Shown here piece after piece: positions 29,231 to 39,233 of a DNA stretch of 64,000 bases. Under the pieces are notes generated by a model. It did not search any database and was not told where the DNA came from. It saw nothing but the letters and a program-made list of their open reading frames with translations. Made by a program: the position numbers and the translations under genes. The stretch comes from Methanotrichaceae archaeon (GTDB lineage Archaea > Halobacteriota > Methanosarcinia > Methanotrichales > Methanotrichaceae). Position 1 is the stretch's first letter, and every line of letters begins with the position of its first letter. Where the stretch lies: NCBI GenBank assembly GCA_963803145.1, contig CAWDLW010000020.1:32001-96000 (forward strand). The letters run 5' to 3'.

Positions 29231-29891
29231 CAATTCTCATGGAGCATTAGATCAATATAGCAAAATGCAATCCAGATTATCAAAACTCGAAGCGGAAACA
29301 GAAGTCTTGCGCCAAAGATTCTCAGCTGCAGAACAGTTAGAGGGCAAGAAAACGGAATTGGATATAGAGAGAAAGCGATTGCTCGTAAGGCTTATGCAGG
29401 ATTACCAAGAAAGAAAATCTCAACTAAGCCATTCTATTATAATTTTTCAAGAAATATCTAGTTCACTCTATGAGAGTGCTGGCAATTTGACCGTTTCTGC
29501 ATCAAATAACGGCCCTATGTTCGAAGTAAAAATACAAGGGAAAGAGAGTAAGGGCATTAATAATATGCAAATATTCTGCTTTGACATTATGTTGATGGAA
29601 TTATGTTCAGAAAAAGATATAGGTCCTGGCTTCCTAGTACACGATAGCCATTTGTTTGATGGTGTTGATGAGCGTCAGATAGCCAAAGCCCTTCAACTTG
29701 GCGCTTCCACTGCAAGAGAATTTGGATTTCAGTACATAGTTACGATGAATTCTGATGACCTACCCAGAGAGCTCCCTGCTGAATTTGATCTAAAGGATTA
29801 CATTTTGCCAATACGTTTAACAGATGCTACAGAAACTGGCGGTTTATTTGGATTGATATTTTAGTTTTCTTATGCCAAAGGGAAACAAAAA

Positions 29892-30032
29892 ATGAGGAAT
29901 ACATCTTTAGAACGATATGAGCAACAGACTGAAGATTTGCATGATCTAGTGGTTGTAGTTGAGCGCAGAGAGGAAGAGCCAATTAGCCTTAAAGAGATGA
30001 AGCGCCGCCTTAAGCAAGATTGTCTCCTGTGA
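29892..30032 (+). pseudogene. Truncated orphan antitoxin (RelB-like)
   Basis: ERYEQQTEDLHDLVVVVERREEEPISLKEMKRRLKQDCLL* resembles type II antitoxin C-termini; no toxin follows. Confidence 0.55.
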
Positions 30033-30049
30033 TATTAATAAAAGGATAG

Positions 30050-30245
30050 AGCGAATAGTTGATTTTATCCCTTTCATCTTTACGGCATACGTTTTCCAAA
30101 GCCTTCCCCCGTAGAGGGGTTAGGGGCAGCCCGCGCGGCGATTGAGCGCGCTATCGTCACCGCTAGTATTAGCCCCAGAAGAATGTGTAGGCTTTGAATC
30201 ACACAAGTCTGCCCCAAACATAAAGTAATAGCGGCTCTCCAATGC
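30050..30245 (+). repeat. Structured dispersed repeat, copy B
   Basis: TTTTCCAAAGCCTTCCCCCGTAGAGGGGTTAGGGGCAGCCCGCGCGGCGATTGAGCGCGCTA...TTAGCCCCAGAAGAA; colinear with copy C over about 195 bp. Confidence 0.9.
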
Positions 30246-30329
30246 ATGTTATGAAATTATGCTCGGCAATAGCTATATCTTAGAAAAGCTGAATTATTCT
30301 CTGGCATTGCATTTTCACCGATCAATGCC

Positions 30330-30350
30330 GGGATGGGCATTTCCCATCCC
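30330..30350. terminator. Perfect 8-bp hairpin immediately after the AbrB gene
   Basis: GGGATGGG-CATTT-CCCATCCC. Confidence 0.45.
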
Positions 30351-30352
30351 AC

Positions 30353-30499
30353 CTAATCCTTAGATGGCGTTCTCTTTTGGATTTTGATTTCTACTATATC
30401 GCCTGGCTTGATCCCTAAGAGATCCCTTACAGATTCCGGTATAGTCACTCTTCCGAGTTGCATTACTTTAACTGTGAATATGGCACTGTCTTCAGGCAT
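30353..30499 (-). CDS. AbrB/MazE/SpoVT DNA-binding protein (48 aa)
   Basis: Manual translation MPEDSAIFTVKVMQLGRVTIPESVRDLLGIKPGDIVEIKI; below the ORF-track cutoff. Confidence 0.85.
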   Translation of the reverse strand: MPEDSAIFTVKVMQLGRVTIPESVRDLLGIKPGDIVEIKIQKRTPSKD

Positions 30500-30739
30500 A
30501 TTCGGTATTTTAATCCCTGTAGTATATAATATTATCCTATTAAATACTCTTAAATACGTTAAAATACTTTCAGAGTATTTGGTGAAAATGCAATGGCTAG
30601 AAGAACAATCTTTGAGGATAAACTAGAATTTCAATCATCAGAGCTAATTTGGCGCTATCATGAAGACAGTTGTCCGAATATCCTAACGGCGAATATTCGA
30701 GGCATCTCTCAGGAAATCACAAAGGCAGAGGCGATCTAA

Positions 30740-31357
30740 TTGCCCCCCACAAACCACCCCGAAAACGCCGATCTGGTAGCGACCGATCCCGCAATCGCAG
30801 ATGATTCAGCAACCACGGGCACGCTATCAGATCTCACCACAACACTAGCCGAACTCCAGCCCCTCGCCTCCAAAATCACCGATCTGCAAAAGCAAACCCT
30901 TGAAAAAGAATCCTCAATCCTAAAAGCGATCCTGGAGAAGCTCAAGCCTCTGGTGCCTCTGCTGAGTGAAGACTGCGAGCAATGTTACCGCCGTGAGATT
31001 GTCATCCTGACCAGAGAAGAGAAAGTGCAGCTTGAGGAAGGTTCCGGCTTTTTCAGCGAGCACAGGCTGATTCTCTACGAGAACGGCCTGCTGGCGAGGA
31101 CGCATCGCTATGGCCAATCTGTAGACCACGGCCAATCTATGGACCATGGCCAATTATCGGAAGCTTTGCACCTGGGATGGGAAAACACCGACGAGGATGT
31201 GCTCACACCCGAGGCGGCCATAATCGCATTCGGTTTCATGGCCATTTCAACGGGCTTGATAGAGGCTATTGGTGAGACTTCATCGATGGCTATCCGCAAA
31301 GAGGAGCTTGAGGGCAGGCTGGCGGCTTTAACCAAGGTGCTGGAAGCTATAAGGTAA
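30740..31357 (+). CDS. Hypothetical protein with an internal 18-bp tandem repeat
   Basis: 205-aa ORF (TTG start, uncertain); GQSVDH-GQSMDH-GQLS repeat. Confidence 0.6.
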   Translation: MPPTNHPENADLVATDPAIADDSATTGTLSDLTTTLAELQPLASKITDLQKQTLEKESSILKAILEKLKPLVPLLSEDCEQCYRREIVILTREEKVQLEEGSGFFSEHRLILYENGLLARTHRYGQSVDHGQSMDHGQLSEALHLGWENTDEDVLTPEAAIIAFGFMAISTGLIEAIGETSSMAIRKEELEGRLAALTKVLEAIR

Positions 31358-31515
31358 GACAAATGCCAGCGAATAGAAATGCCAGCAGGCAGAATAGAGC
31401 AAATGACATAGGCGATCTGCCTATATTGGGTTGCTGAGCATCAGATGAGGTAGCGCTTTGATCGACCATCAACCTTTTTATCCTTTTAATACTGCTATTT
31501 TCCAAGGGCTGTGGA

Positions 31516-32625
31516 ATGAAGAATGATAAGTCCTCTCTGGCGGGAAATATCAGATCGCAGGATTTGCCGCCCAAATATGCCGAGCTTCTGGCAGAGCTGA
31601 AGGCACAGATCCGCTCTGCTCAGTTGAAAGCGGCGCTGTCTGTTAACCGTGAGCTGGTCTTGCTTTATTGGCGAATTGGCAGGCAGATCCTTGAGAACCA
31701 ACGGCAAGAAGGCTGGGGATCGAAGGTTATCGACCGGCTGTCAAGGGATCTGCGCATAGCCTTTCCAGAGATGAAGGGTTTCTCGCCGCGCAATCTGAAG
31801 TACATGAGGGCATTTGCTGATGCTTATCCAACTGAATCATTTGTGCAAGAGGTGCTTGCACAAATTACCTGGTATCACAATATTACTCTTTTAGACAAGA
31901 TCAGAAAACCCGAGGAACGCGAATTCTATGTTCGCAAGACCATTGAGCACGGCTGGAGCAGAAACGTTCTCGTCCATCAGATCGAGAGCGACCTGTACCA
32001 CAGGCAGGGCAACGCCATCGCCAACTTCGACCGCACCCTACCTGCTCCACAATCTGAGCTGGCCCAGCAGATCCTCAAAGATCCCTATAACTTCGACTTT
32101 CTGGGCCTAAGCGTTGAGGTTCAAGAGCGCGATCTTGAGCATGCCCTGATCCAGCACATACGCGAGTTCCTGCTTGAGCTTGGTGTGGGCTTTGCCTTCG
32201 TGGGCAGCCAGTATCATCTGGAAGTAGGAGGCGAGGACTTTTACATCGATCTGCTCTTCTATCACCTGCATCTGCGCTGCTATGTGGTCATAGATCTGAA
32301 GGTCTGCGAGTTCCAGCCGGAGTTTGCGGGAAAGATGAACTTCTATCTCTCTGCCGTGGACGACCTGCTCAGGCATGAAGATGATAGACCTTCTATTGGG
32401 CTAATCCTTTGCAAGACCAGAAACCGAATCATTGTGGAATATGCCATGAGGGATACGTTGAAGCCCATGGGTGTGGCCGCTTACCAGATTACAGCTTCAC
32501 TGCCGGAACACCTCAAGGGTAGCCTGCCGACAGTTGAGGAGCTGGAGAGGGAGATGAGGGATGCAAACGGAGAAGGAAATGAAGGATCTGGCTCAGACAG
32601 ATATAGGAATCCTCCTGGACACTAA
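31516..32625 (+). CDS. YhcG/DUF1016 PDDEXK nuclease-domain protein
   Basis: VNRELVLLYWRIG, GFSPRNLKYMRAF, KDPYNFDFL, FLLELGVGFAFVG.Q, IDLLFYH..LRCYVVIDLK and GKMNFYL motifs. Confidence 0.95.
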   Translation: MKNDKSSLAGNIRSQDLPPKYAELLAELKAQIRSAQLKAALSVNRELVLLYWRIGRQILENQRQEGWGSKVIDRLSRDLRIAFPEMKGFSPRNLKYMRAFADAYPTESFVQEVLAQITWYHNITLLDKIRKPEEREFYVRKTIEHGWSRNVLVHQIESDLYHRQGNAIANFDRTLPAPQSELAQQILKDPYNFDFLGLSVEVQERDLEHALIQHIREFLLELGVGFAFVGSQYHLEVGGEDFYIDLLFYHLHLRCYVVIDLKVCEFQPEFAGKMNFYLSAVDDLLRHEDDRPSIGLILCKTRNRIIVEYAMRDTLKPMGVAAYQITASLPEHLKGSLPTVEELEREMRDANGEGNEGSGSDRYRNPPGH

Positions 32626-32659
32626 AAGAACACCTTTAGACGCTTCGGCACAATTGATT

Positions 32660-32855
32660 GAGGGAATAGTTAATCCTATCCTTTTAATCTTATAGCTTGT
32701 ATTTTCCAAAGCCTTCCCCCAGCGAGGGGTTAGGGGCAGCTCGCACGGCGACTACAGCGCGCTAGTAAACCGCTAGTGTTAGCCCCAGAAGAACGATTAG
32801 GCTTTGAACTACACAAGTCAGTCCAAAACACAAAGTAAGAGTATCTCTCTAATGT
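32660..32855 (+). repeat. Structured dispersed repeat, copy C
   Basis: TTTTCCAAAGCCTTCCCCCAGCGAGGGGTTAGGGGCAGCTCGCACGGCGACTACAGCGCGCTAGTAAACCGCTAGTGTTAGCCCCAGAAGAA. Confidence 0.9.
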
Positions 32856-32961
32856 AGGCTCTCAAATTATTACCTCGATTCTCCGTCAACTCCAATTTTA
32901 TTGAGATAACTCATCAACCTGTAGCAATTTCTTTATCCCTGGAAGCGAACTATATCTTCCA

Positions 32962-33264
32962 ATGGACAAATTCGAGGCCCTGAGGGATAAGGTACTGCCC
33001 TTGCTCAGGCCATACGTGAAACGCATTGCTGTTTTCGGCTCCTTTGCTCGTGGTGAGGAGACTCCAGAGAGCGATATTGATCTCATGGTTGAGCTAAAGC
33101 CTCCAGAACAGCGCCCGTCCTTGGGCTTGAAGTGGTTTGGCCTGGAAGACGAGCTGAGTCGCATCCTGGGCAGAGAAGTCGAACTGGTAACTGAGGGCGC
33201 TCTTAGCCCTTATATAAAACCGTATGCGGAGAGGGATATGGTCCTGCTCTATGAAGAAGGATGA
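32962..33264 (+). CDS. mntA: Minimal nucleotidyltransferase (MNT) antitoxin
   Basis: FGSFARGEETPESDIDL (GSx10DxD) motif. Confidence 0.9.
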   Translation: MDKFEALRDKVLPLLRPYVKRIAVFGSFARGEETPESDIDLMVELKPPEQRPSLGLKWFGLEDELSRILGREVELVTEGALSPYIKPYAERDMVLLYEEG

Positions 33265-33586
33265 CACGGTCTATCTTCGCCATATAATCGATTCATGTGA
33301 GCGGATAGAGCATTACATGGAAGGCATCCCTAAGGATAAGTTCTTCGAAACAGAGTTACTGCAGGACGCCGTCATAAGGCAATTGGAGATAATAGGTGAG
33401 GCCGCATGTAACCTTTCCGATGATTTGAGGCTAAGCAATCCTCAGGTTCCTTGGCGCCAGATGGTAGGCTTAAGAAACAGGGTTATTCATGCCTACTTTG
33501 AGGTTAATCCTCAGATCATCTGGGAAATTACCAAAGGTGATCTCCCTGCTTTAAAGCAAGAAATTAAGCAGATCTTAGGAAGTTGA
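33251..33586 (+). CDS. hepT: HEPN/DUF86 RNase toxin
   Basis: Start MKKDDTVYLRHI at 33251, overlapping MNT; RNRVIHAY (Rx4HxY) motif. Confidence 0.9.
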   Translation: MKKDDTVYLRHIIDSCERIEHYMEGIPKDKFFETELLQDAVIRQLEIIGEAACNLSDDLRLSNPQVPWRQMVGLRNRVIHAYFEVNPQIIWEITKGDLPALKQEIKQILGS

Positions 33587-33615
33587 GGAAGAGTATGAAA
33601 TAGTCGAGGAAGAGT

Positions 33616-33843
33616 ATGAAATGTTTGATTTGCAAGCAAGCCTTCACCCAAGCAGGCACAACTACCGTGACCCTGGAGCGTGGTTGCCTGACTATGGTGG
33701 TGAAATGCGTGTCAGCTCAGGTCTGTCCCAACTGTGGCGAAGCTTACGTAGACGAAACTGTGGCCGAGGATCTATTGAACACTGCTGAGCAGGCAGCTCG
33801 CACAGGCGCTCAAGTCGAGGTTCGGCAGTATGTAGCTGCATAA
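33616..33843 (+). CDS. YgiT-type zinc finger (MqsA-like), orphan
   Basis: MKCLICK...VSAQVCPNCGEAY; preceded by a 17-bp direct repeat GAGGAAGAGTATGAAAT. Confidence 0.85.
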   Translation: MKCLICKQAFTQAGTTTVTLERGCLTMVVKCVSAQVCPNCGEAYVDETVAEDLLNTAEQAARTGAQVEVRQYVAA

Positions 33844-33871
33844 TATCGTAGAACATTTTCATCTACGATTT

Positions 33872-33921
33872 ATGCAACAGGCTGTTGCACAAATTCCCTG
33901 ATATTACAATATTACTCTTTT
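33872..33921 (+). pseudogene. Short remnant of a yhcG/DUF1016 paralog
   Basis: TGCAACAGGCTGTTGCACAAATTCCCTGATATTACAATATTACTCTTTT aligns with 31844-31892 (VQEVLAQITWYHNITLL). Confidence 0.7.
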
Positions 33922-34180
33922 ACTACCTCTCGGTGTTCTTGTTGCATGCGGGGGATGATACTCTAGCACTATAATACTCCGGGCAAAAGCTAGGGCTTAA
34001 GATGCTCACTCTTCTTAAAGCGCATGATTTTATTAACCATTTATCCAATTTATCGCGAATATTATCCCTTTTTGGATAATTGATGTATATATATTTCCTT
34101 AATAGGATAACCATTCGTACTAAGAGGATAGGATTTATAAATTGGACATGCCTAATATTTGATAAAGGAGGTGAGGTGCA

Positions 34181-34213
34181 ATGAAGCTCATGGTAGTCGT
34201 AGTAAAGAGGTAA
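34181..34213 (+). CDS. Candidate 10-aa peptide MKLMVVVVKR
   Basis: TTTATAAA box at about 34134 and AAGGAGGTGA SD just upstream of the ATG. Confidence 0.35.
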   Translation: MKLMVVVVKR

Positions 34214-34416
34214 ATAACGTAAGCTAGAAGGCTTAAGATACGAACAGACTTCATACCATATGGTATAGAGTTCCTGTAAAACGGATGCTACTCAAAGACT
34301 AGTGCTGTCATTCATATGCCCAATTGGCCTTAAGAACTGCACATAAACCACAAAGTTCCCATAGGCCTCGTTTTCCCCTTTATAATTCGACATTTTGAAT
34401 AACTCCTAAATGTTCG

Positions 34417-35703
34417 GTGGTTGGAATGATACCAAAAATTATTATGTCACGAGTAATGTCGTTGCGTGACTTCCGTCTTCTATTCCTTGGTACTACAGTC
34501 TCACTACTGGGAGATCAATTCGCTCTCATCGCTATACCATGGTTGACACTAAAACTAACAGGCGATCCATTAACCCTAGGATTTGTCCTGGCTCTAGAGG
34601 GCATTCCGCGTGCGGCAATTATGCTCTTGGGAGGTGCTATAACGGACCGCCTCTCGCCACGCATCATGATGCTTACCGCAGATCTCACCCGCTTTGTTTT
34701 GACAAGCTTAATAGCATTTACTGTGTTGACAGGCACTATTCAGATATGGATGCTGTATGCCTTCAGCTTAGGGTTCGGCTTGGTGTCAGGGCTCGAAATC
34801 CCAGCGGAAAGCAGCATAGTGCCTATGCTGGTAGAGACGCAGGACCTGCAGGCGGGCAATTCGCTCATGCTGAGCAGCGCTCAGGTAGCCCAGTTCGTTG
34901 GTCCTACAATCGCTGGTATTCTGATAGGGCTATATTCAAACTCATTCTTCGGCATTGGTCTGGCCTATTCCATCGATGCTGTGGGCTTCGCAGTCTCAGC
35001 GATCTGTCTGTGGCTGATACATACTAGCAATAGGCCCCAGGTTCCTGAGGAGTCTCATAAGAAAGAGAGCATCTGGAATTCTATTCTAACAGGTATAAAA
35101 TACATTTGGACTGACGAAGCCCTGCTGCTGATAATTCTGGTTATGGGAGGATTAAACCTCTTGCTCATCGGACCTATTATAGTCGGCATCCCCGTTCTTG
35201 CAGATCAGCGTCTTCCAGAGGGTGCAACAGCCTTCGGCCTGCTCATTTCCGCTTATGCTGGAGGGAATCTGATCGGTTATCTGATAGCAGGTACCTTGCC
35301 TCGTCCAAGCGGAAAGATCATGAGAATCATTTTTATTTCCTTTATGATAGCATTTGGAACAGTCATTGGGGCGCTCGGGTTTATTCAGTCAACCTGGGTG
35401 GATTTTATCTTATTGCTCGGCTTAGGTCTGGGAAATGGGTATATTGACATCGTCCTTTTCACCTGGATTCAAATCCGCGTCCCTATAGAGATGCTTGGTC
35501 GGGTGATGAGCATAGTTATGTTCGCCAGTTTGGGGTTGGGACCCATCTCCCAGGCTATATCAGGTGCAATCCTAAGGTGGAACCTTAATAATCTCTTCAT
35601 TTCAGAAGGAACGCTGGTTCTGATGTTAGCATTATGGACGTTTTCCCGGCCAGCGCTCAAAATATTCAGCGAAGGCCTGGCGACGCAAAAAGCCTGTTCG
35701 TAA
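34417..35703 (+). CDS. 12-TMS MFS transporter (DHA3/macrolide-efflux-like)
   Basis: RDFRLLFLG..VS.LGD, GGAITDRLSPR and P.EMLGRV.S motifs; exact start uncertain. Confidence 0.9.
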   Translation: MVGMIPKIIMSRVMSLRDFRLLFLGTTVSLLGDQFALIAIPWLTLKLTGDPLTLGFVLALEGIPRAAIMLLGGAITDRLSPRIMMLTADLTRFVLTSLIAFTVLTGTIQIWMLYAFSLGFGLVSGLEIPAESSIVPMLVETQDLQAGNSLMLSSAQVAQFVGPTIAGILIGLYSNSFFGIGLAYSIDAVGFAVSAICLWLIHTSNRPQVPEESHKKESIWNSILTGIKYIWTDEALLLIILVMGGLNLLLIGPIIVGIPVLADQRLPEGATAFGLLISAYAGGNLIGYLIAGTLPRPSGKIMRIIFISFMIAFGTVIGALGFIQSTWVDFILLLGLGLGNGYIDIVLFTWIQIRVPIEMLGRVMSIVMFASLGLGPISQAISGAILRWNLNNLFISEGTLVLMLALWTFSRPALKIFSEGLATQKACS

Positions 35704-35758
35704 TCTATGTTTGGCACTTTATGAGCTCTAGTTATCGGCAGCTACAGTGAGTTCAACA

Positions 35759-36391
35759 CTATCTTCGAGAAGCAAAGAAGATAAAAAGTGCGAATCCCGC
35801 CAGAGCCATTAAAGCGTAGCTCTTCGGCGTTTTGAATGGATTTTTCCTGGTAAAGCCGAAAAAGGAATTGGCGTTGACAAGATGGAATACGCCGCCTAAG
35901 ATCAAAGCCCCTGATGCCAGATACCTGGGCAGAGCAATAATGACAATAACTGCATAGAAAATATACTCCAAAACAAATGCTAATGGCCCATTGCGCCATG
36001 ATCCCAGACCAACTTTCCTGTCATTTCTGCCAAATCCCAGCACGGGCAGATCCGGGAGGTGTACGATCGCATCCAGGACCCAGTGGGAGGCAGATCCTGC
36101 GGCAAATACCATGGCGGCCAGAGGATTCCCCAGAACAGAAGCAAGGATAAGTCCTACAACCACGGCCAGCAGGCTGGTCAATACCAGTGAATGGGAATAA
36201 GGATACCTCTCGAATCTGATATACTTTTGAAGAGGACTATCCGGGTTAATCTTCACCTTCTCGATGCCTGCCAGCACCAAGAAAGGCCATACCAAGTCAG
36301 GGAAGCTAACGGCTATGAGAGGAACTAGTATAGGCAATTGAGGAAATAATCTCGCCAAGAGAAACGCTACTGCAAAATGGCCTATGAACAT
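35759..36391 (-). CDS. Membrane-bound metal-dependent hydrolase-like protein
   Basis: MFIGH, PD, YSHSL and SHWVLD..VH motifs; start reassigned to 36391. Confidence 0.78.
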   Translation of the reverse strand: MFIGHFAVAFLLARLFPQLPILVPLIAVSFPDLVWPFLVLAGIEKVKINPDSPLQKYIRFERYPYSHSLVLTSLLAVVVGLILASVLGNPLAAMVFAAGSASHWVLDAIVHLPDLPVLGFGRNDRKVGLGSWRNGPLAFVLEYIFYAVIVIIALPRYLASGALILGGVFHLVNANSFFGFTRKNPFKTPKSYALMALAGFALFIFFASRR

Positions 36392-36672
36392 TTGAGATCC
36401 CCAAATTATTTCTAAAATATTGGCATGTACAGGTATAAATTTCTTAGCTATTGGCCATATTCTGAGAAGAGTGGAAGAATAATCTGCTGCAGAATCTACT
36501 GCAGAATATCCTGGCATTTAGATCGTTTGAGATCATTCAAACAGCCAATTTCCGAGCCTATCAAAATAGACTACCTTTAACTATACTGACGATAACATCT
36601 TTGCACTTAAAGCAAAAATTTATAATTTATTATGAGGGAATTCTTATGGAAAAACTTGTTGGGGAAATGTAA

Positions 36673-38275
36673 ATGATATTTCTTAAAAGACTTATGGTGT
36701 TTGCCATAATTGCATTTATGCTTTTTACCTCGATCGTAAATGCAGCCAATATGAACGCTACGAACTCCCAAAACCAGACCGGCAACTTTTCCGCCGGTTT
36801 GCAGGAGGTCCTGGCTGGGCCGCAATACAGTCATGCCTGGTGGGGCCTGATTGTAGAAGACCTAAACACGGGAAAGGTCCTTTATGAGCTCAACCCTGAA
36901 AATATGTTCATCCCTGGCTCCACAGCCAAGCTCTATACAGTTGCCGCTGCCCTGGATACATTTGGAAAGGATTACAGATTTACTACCCCCATCTACGCAC
37001 ATGGGAATGTGAATGATTCAGGGGTGCTCAATGGAGACCTCATCCTGGTTGCCAGCGGAGATCTGACCATGGGAGGCCGCACAACGCCTGACGGCAGAAT
37101 CGCTTACACCAACATGGACCATGGCGATGCCAACGCTCTTGGCAATGCCACCCTGACCGAGCAGGATCCACTGGCAGGCCTGAACGATCTCGCCAGGCAG
37201 GTTCGCAGGATCCGGCATCAAAAGCATTTCGGGAGATGTGATCATCGATGACAGACTCTTCAATATTACACCCTCACCAGACCCGTCAGCAGGTTATATC
37301 ATAACGCCCATTATAATAAACGATAACCTTATAGATCTTACTATCAAGCCCGCTTTGCCGGGAGATATGGCAGAGGTCGATTGGAGACCAAAGACCTCGG
37401 TTTATCAGGTTCAGTCTAATGTGAAGACCGCTCCCCCAGGCACGCCAACCCAAATCGAAGTGGATTCTAACAATGTAAATGGGATAACCACAATAACCCT
37501 GAAAGGTCGGATCGCCTCCGACAACGGCCCAATAGTCCGAACCCAGCAAGTGGAGGACCCTTCATCCTTCGCCAGATCGCTGCTCATTGAGGCACTGGAA
37601 TGAAACAAAGTCTCTGTGAATGCATCGCTAAAGGCTAATAACCCTTCAGAAAAGCTGCCATCCTCAGAGATTTATGCCAACTCAAAACCAGTAGCTCTCC
37701 TAATATCCCCGCCCTTTTCGGAGAATGCGAAACTGATCCTCAAAGTCAGCCAGAATATGCAGGCCGATACTCTTGTATCCCTCATGGCAGCAGAGCACGG
37801 TAACCGCAGCTTTGAGGATGGCCTGAAATCTGAGCGCCCGTTCTTCAAGAAAGCAGGGGTAGATCTAAACGCTATCTCTCTAGGAGATGGCCGTGGTAGC
37901 GTTTGGTCCGACCTGACTGCGCCGAACGCTACGCTACAACTCTTGCGCTATATGTCCGATAGCTCGAACTCCCGAGTGTATAAAGATGCTCTGCCAATTT
38001 TGGGCGTAGACGGCAGCCTTTCCGATGTGAGCAAGAGCAGTCCTGCAAAGGGAAATGTCTGGGCCAAGACTGGAACTGTGGTGGTTTATGATGGCGTCAA
38101 CGACCGACCATTAGTCTTAGCCAAAACTCTGGCAGGATACATAAACTCATCCTCGGGCAGAAGCCTAGCCTTCGCAGCTTATGTGAACAATGTCCCTGTT
38201 AACGATGTCAATTCTGCACTCCAGGTAGGAAATGATCTGGGACGCGTTGCGGAGCTGATTTATGAGAACTATTAG
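36673..38275 (+). pseudogene. dacB: Peptidase S13 D-Ala-D-Ala carboxypeptidase/endopeptidase, frameshift plus nonsense
   Basis: Signal peptide; SxxK (GSTAK), SxN (SQN) and KTG motifs spread over three ORFs; frameshift near 37207 and in-frame TGA at 37601-37603. Confidence 0.9.
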
Positions 38276-38584
38276 TGGAGGTGAGGATTTCAAAGGGCCC
38301 TAAGTAATCCTTGCTGAGTCTTTATAAGGTATCTTAAAGAGGTCTGGCTATAACCTGGCATCAATCTCGACTGTGTCATCGCCCAGCTCTGCATTTGGAG
38401 TTGATTTGTGTTATAGATTAGTATCATTATTACTACTTTTATCATTCTATTAACTATTTTTTTTACATGAAGCAATCACTAATTATAGTTAGCCGATAAA
38501 ATCCATTTTCATACGTTCTTATGCAGATTCAAGAGAACCGTTAAATATTCAGATATACAATTGTGAATCCAAGGTGATAATGAA

Positions 38585-38737
38585 ATGTGCACAGTTGGTG
38601 GCGGGCCTGATGTCGGTGAAATTGAGACTGTAGCGGCTAAGGACTATGAGTGCCTAGATTGTAAAAACAAATTCAAGGCTATGGGCAGAAGGCCTATGTG
38701 TCCTTCCTGCAAATCAAGGAACGTGAAGCAGGCATAA
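38585..38737 (+). CDS. Small zinc-ribbon protein (50 aa)
   Basis: MCTVGGG...YECLDCKNKFKAMGRRPMCPSCKSRNV (two CxxC); GGTGA SD; missed by the ORF track. Confidence 0.8.
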   Translation: MCTVGGGPDVGEIETVAAKDYECLDCKNKFKAMGRRPMCPSCKSRNVKQA

Positions 38738-38745
38738 GCTAAATC

Positions 38746-39210
38746 ATGCGCATATCGCTTAAAGAGAACGAGATCGCCTATCTTTGTGGCCAAAGTGGAA
38801 CGATTGCATTGGCCAAAACTCTCGGCAACTTTTTTTACCTTGAGACCGAGAAAGAGGAGATAGTCCTCTTTACCGAACCGGATGACCTGATGGTAGCATC
38901 AGCTTTCGGTGTAGGAGATAGAATTCGTCGAGGTCTAAGGTGTACCATTTATCAGATCAGGGATCTTGGAGCGCCGCTGATCGTTCTGCCCAAAGGCCAT
39001 CCAGCATCCCCGAGGCTTAAGACTGTTGTATCCATTGGCCCAAAAACGAGATTAAGCTGTAAAATACAGCCTGGGACCCATCCCGAGCAGGATATACTCT
39101 GCGGCCCAGATGAGTTTCATAGCCTGGAGATATTAGCAGAGCCAGAAGGAGCATTGATCAACGGCCTGAAAGAGGACTTCAGTGATCATATAATTATCGA
39201 AAAATTATAG
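38746..39210 (+). CDS. Conserved hypothetical methanogen protein
   Basis: 154-aa ORF in an apparent operon; PGTHPEQD motif. Confidence 0.7.
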   Translation: MRISLKENEIAYLCGQSGTIALAKTLGNFFYLETEKEEIVLFTEPDDLMVASAFGVGDRIRRGLRCTIYQIRDLGAPLIVLPKGHPASPRLKTVVSIGPKTRLSCKIQPGTHPEQDILCGPDEFHSLEILAEPEGALINGLKEDFSDHIIIEKL

Positions 39211-39233
39211 GTTAAAATTGTAGGTGATAAACC

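Larger units (their letters stand above)
26877..29864 (+). pseudogene. SMC/Rad50-like ABC ATPase (LmuB-like, DUF2326-type C-terminus) interrupted by an IS1-family element
   Basis: Walker A RNRAGKTS, coiled coil, SKG signature and FLVHDSHLFDGVDERQ. Joining 26877-28005 to 29239-29864 restores a 584-aa ORF (...ALLNSHGALDQYSKMQSR...). Confidence 0.9.

Noticed and set aside
30384-30626. 80-aa plus-strand ORF
   Set aside because: Antisense to the clearly recognisable AbrB gene at 30353-30499.
37601-37603. Selenocysteine or readthrough at the in-frame TGA in dacB
   Set aside because: The gene also has a frameshift, the position is not a catalytic Cys site, and a CGA>TGA nonsense change is the simpler explanation.
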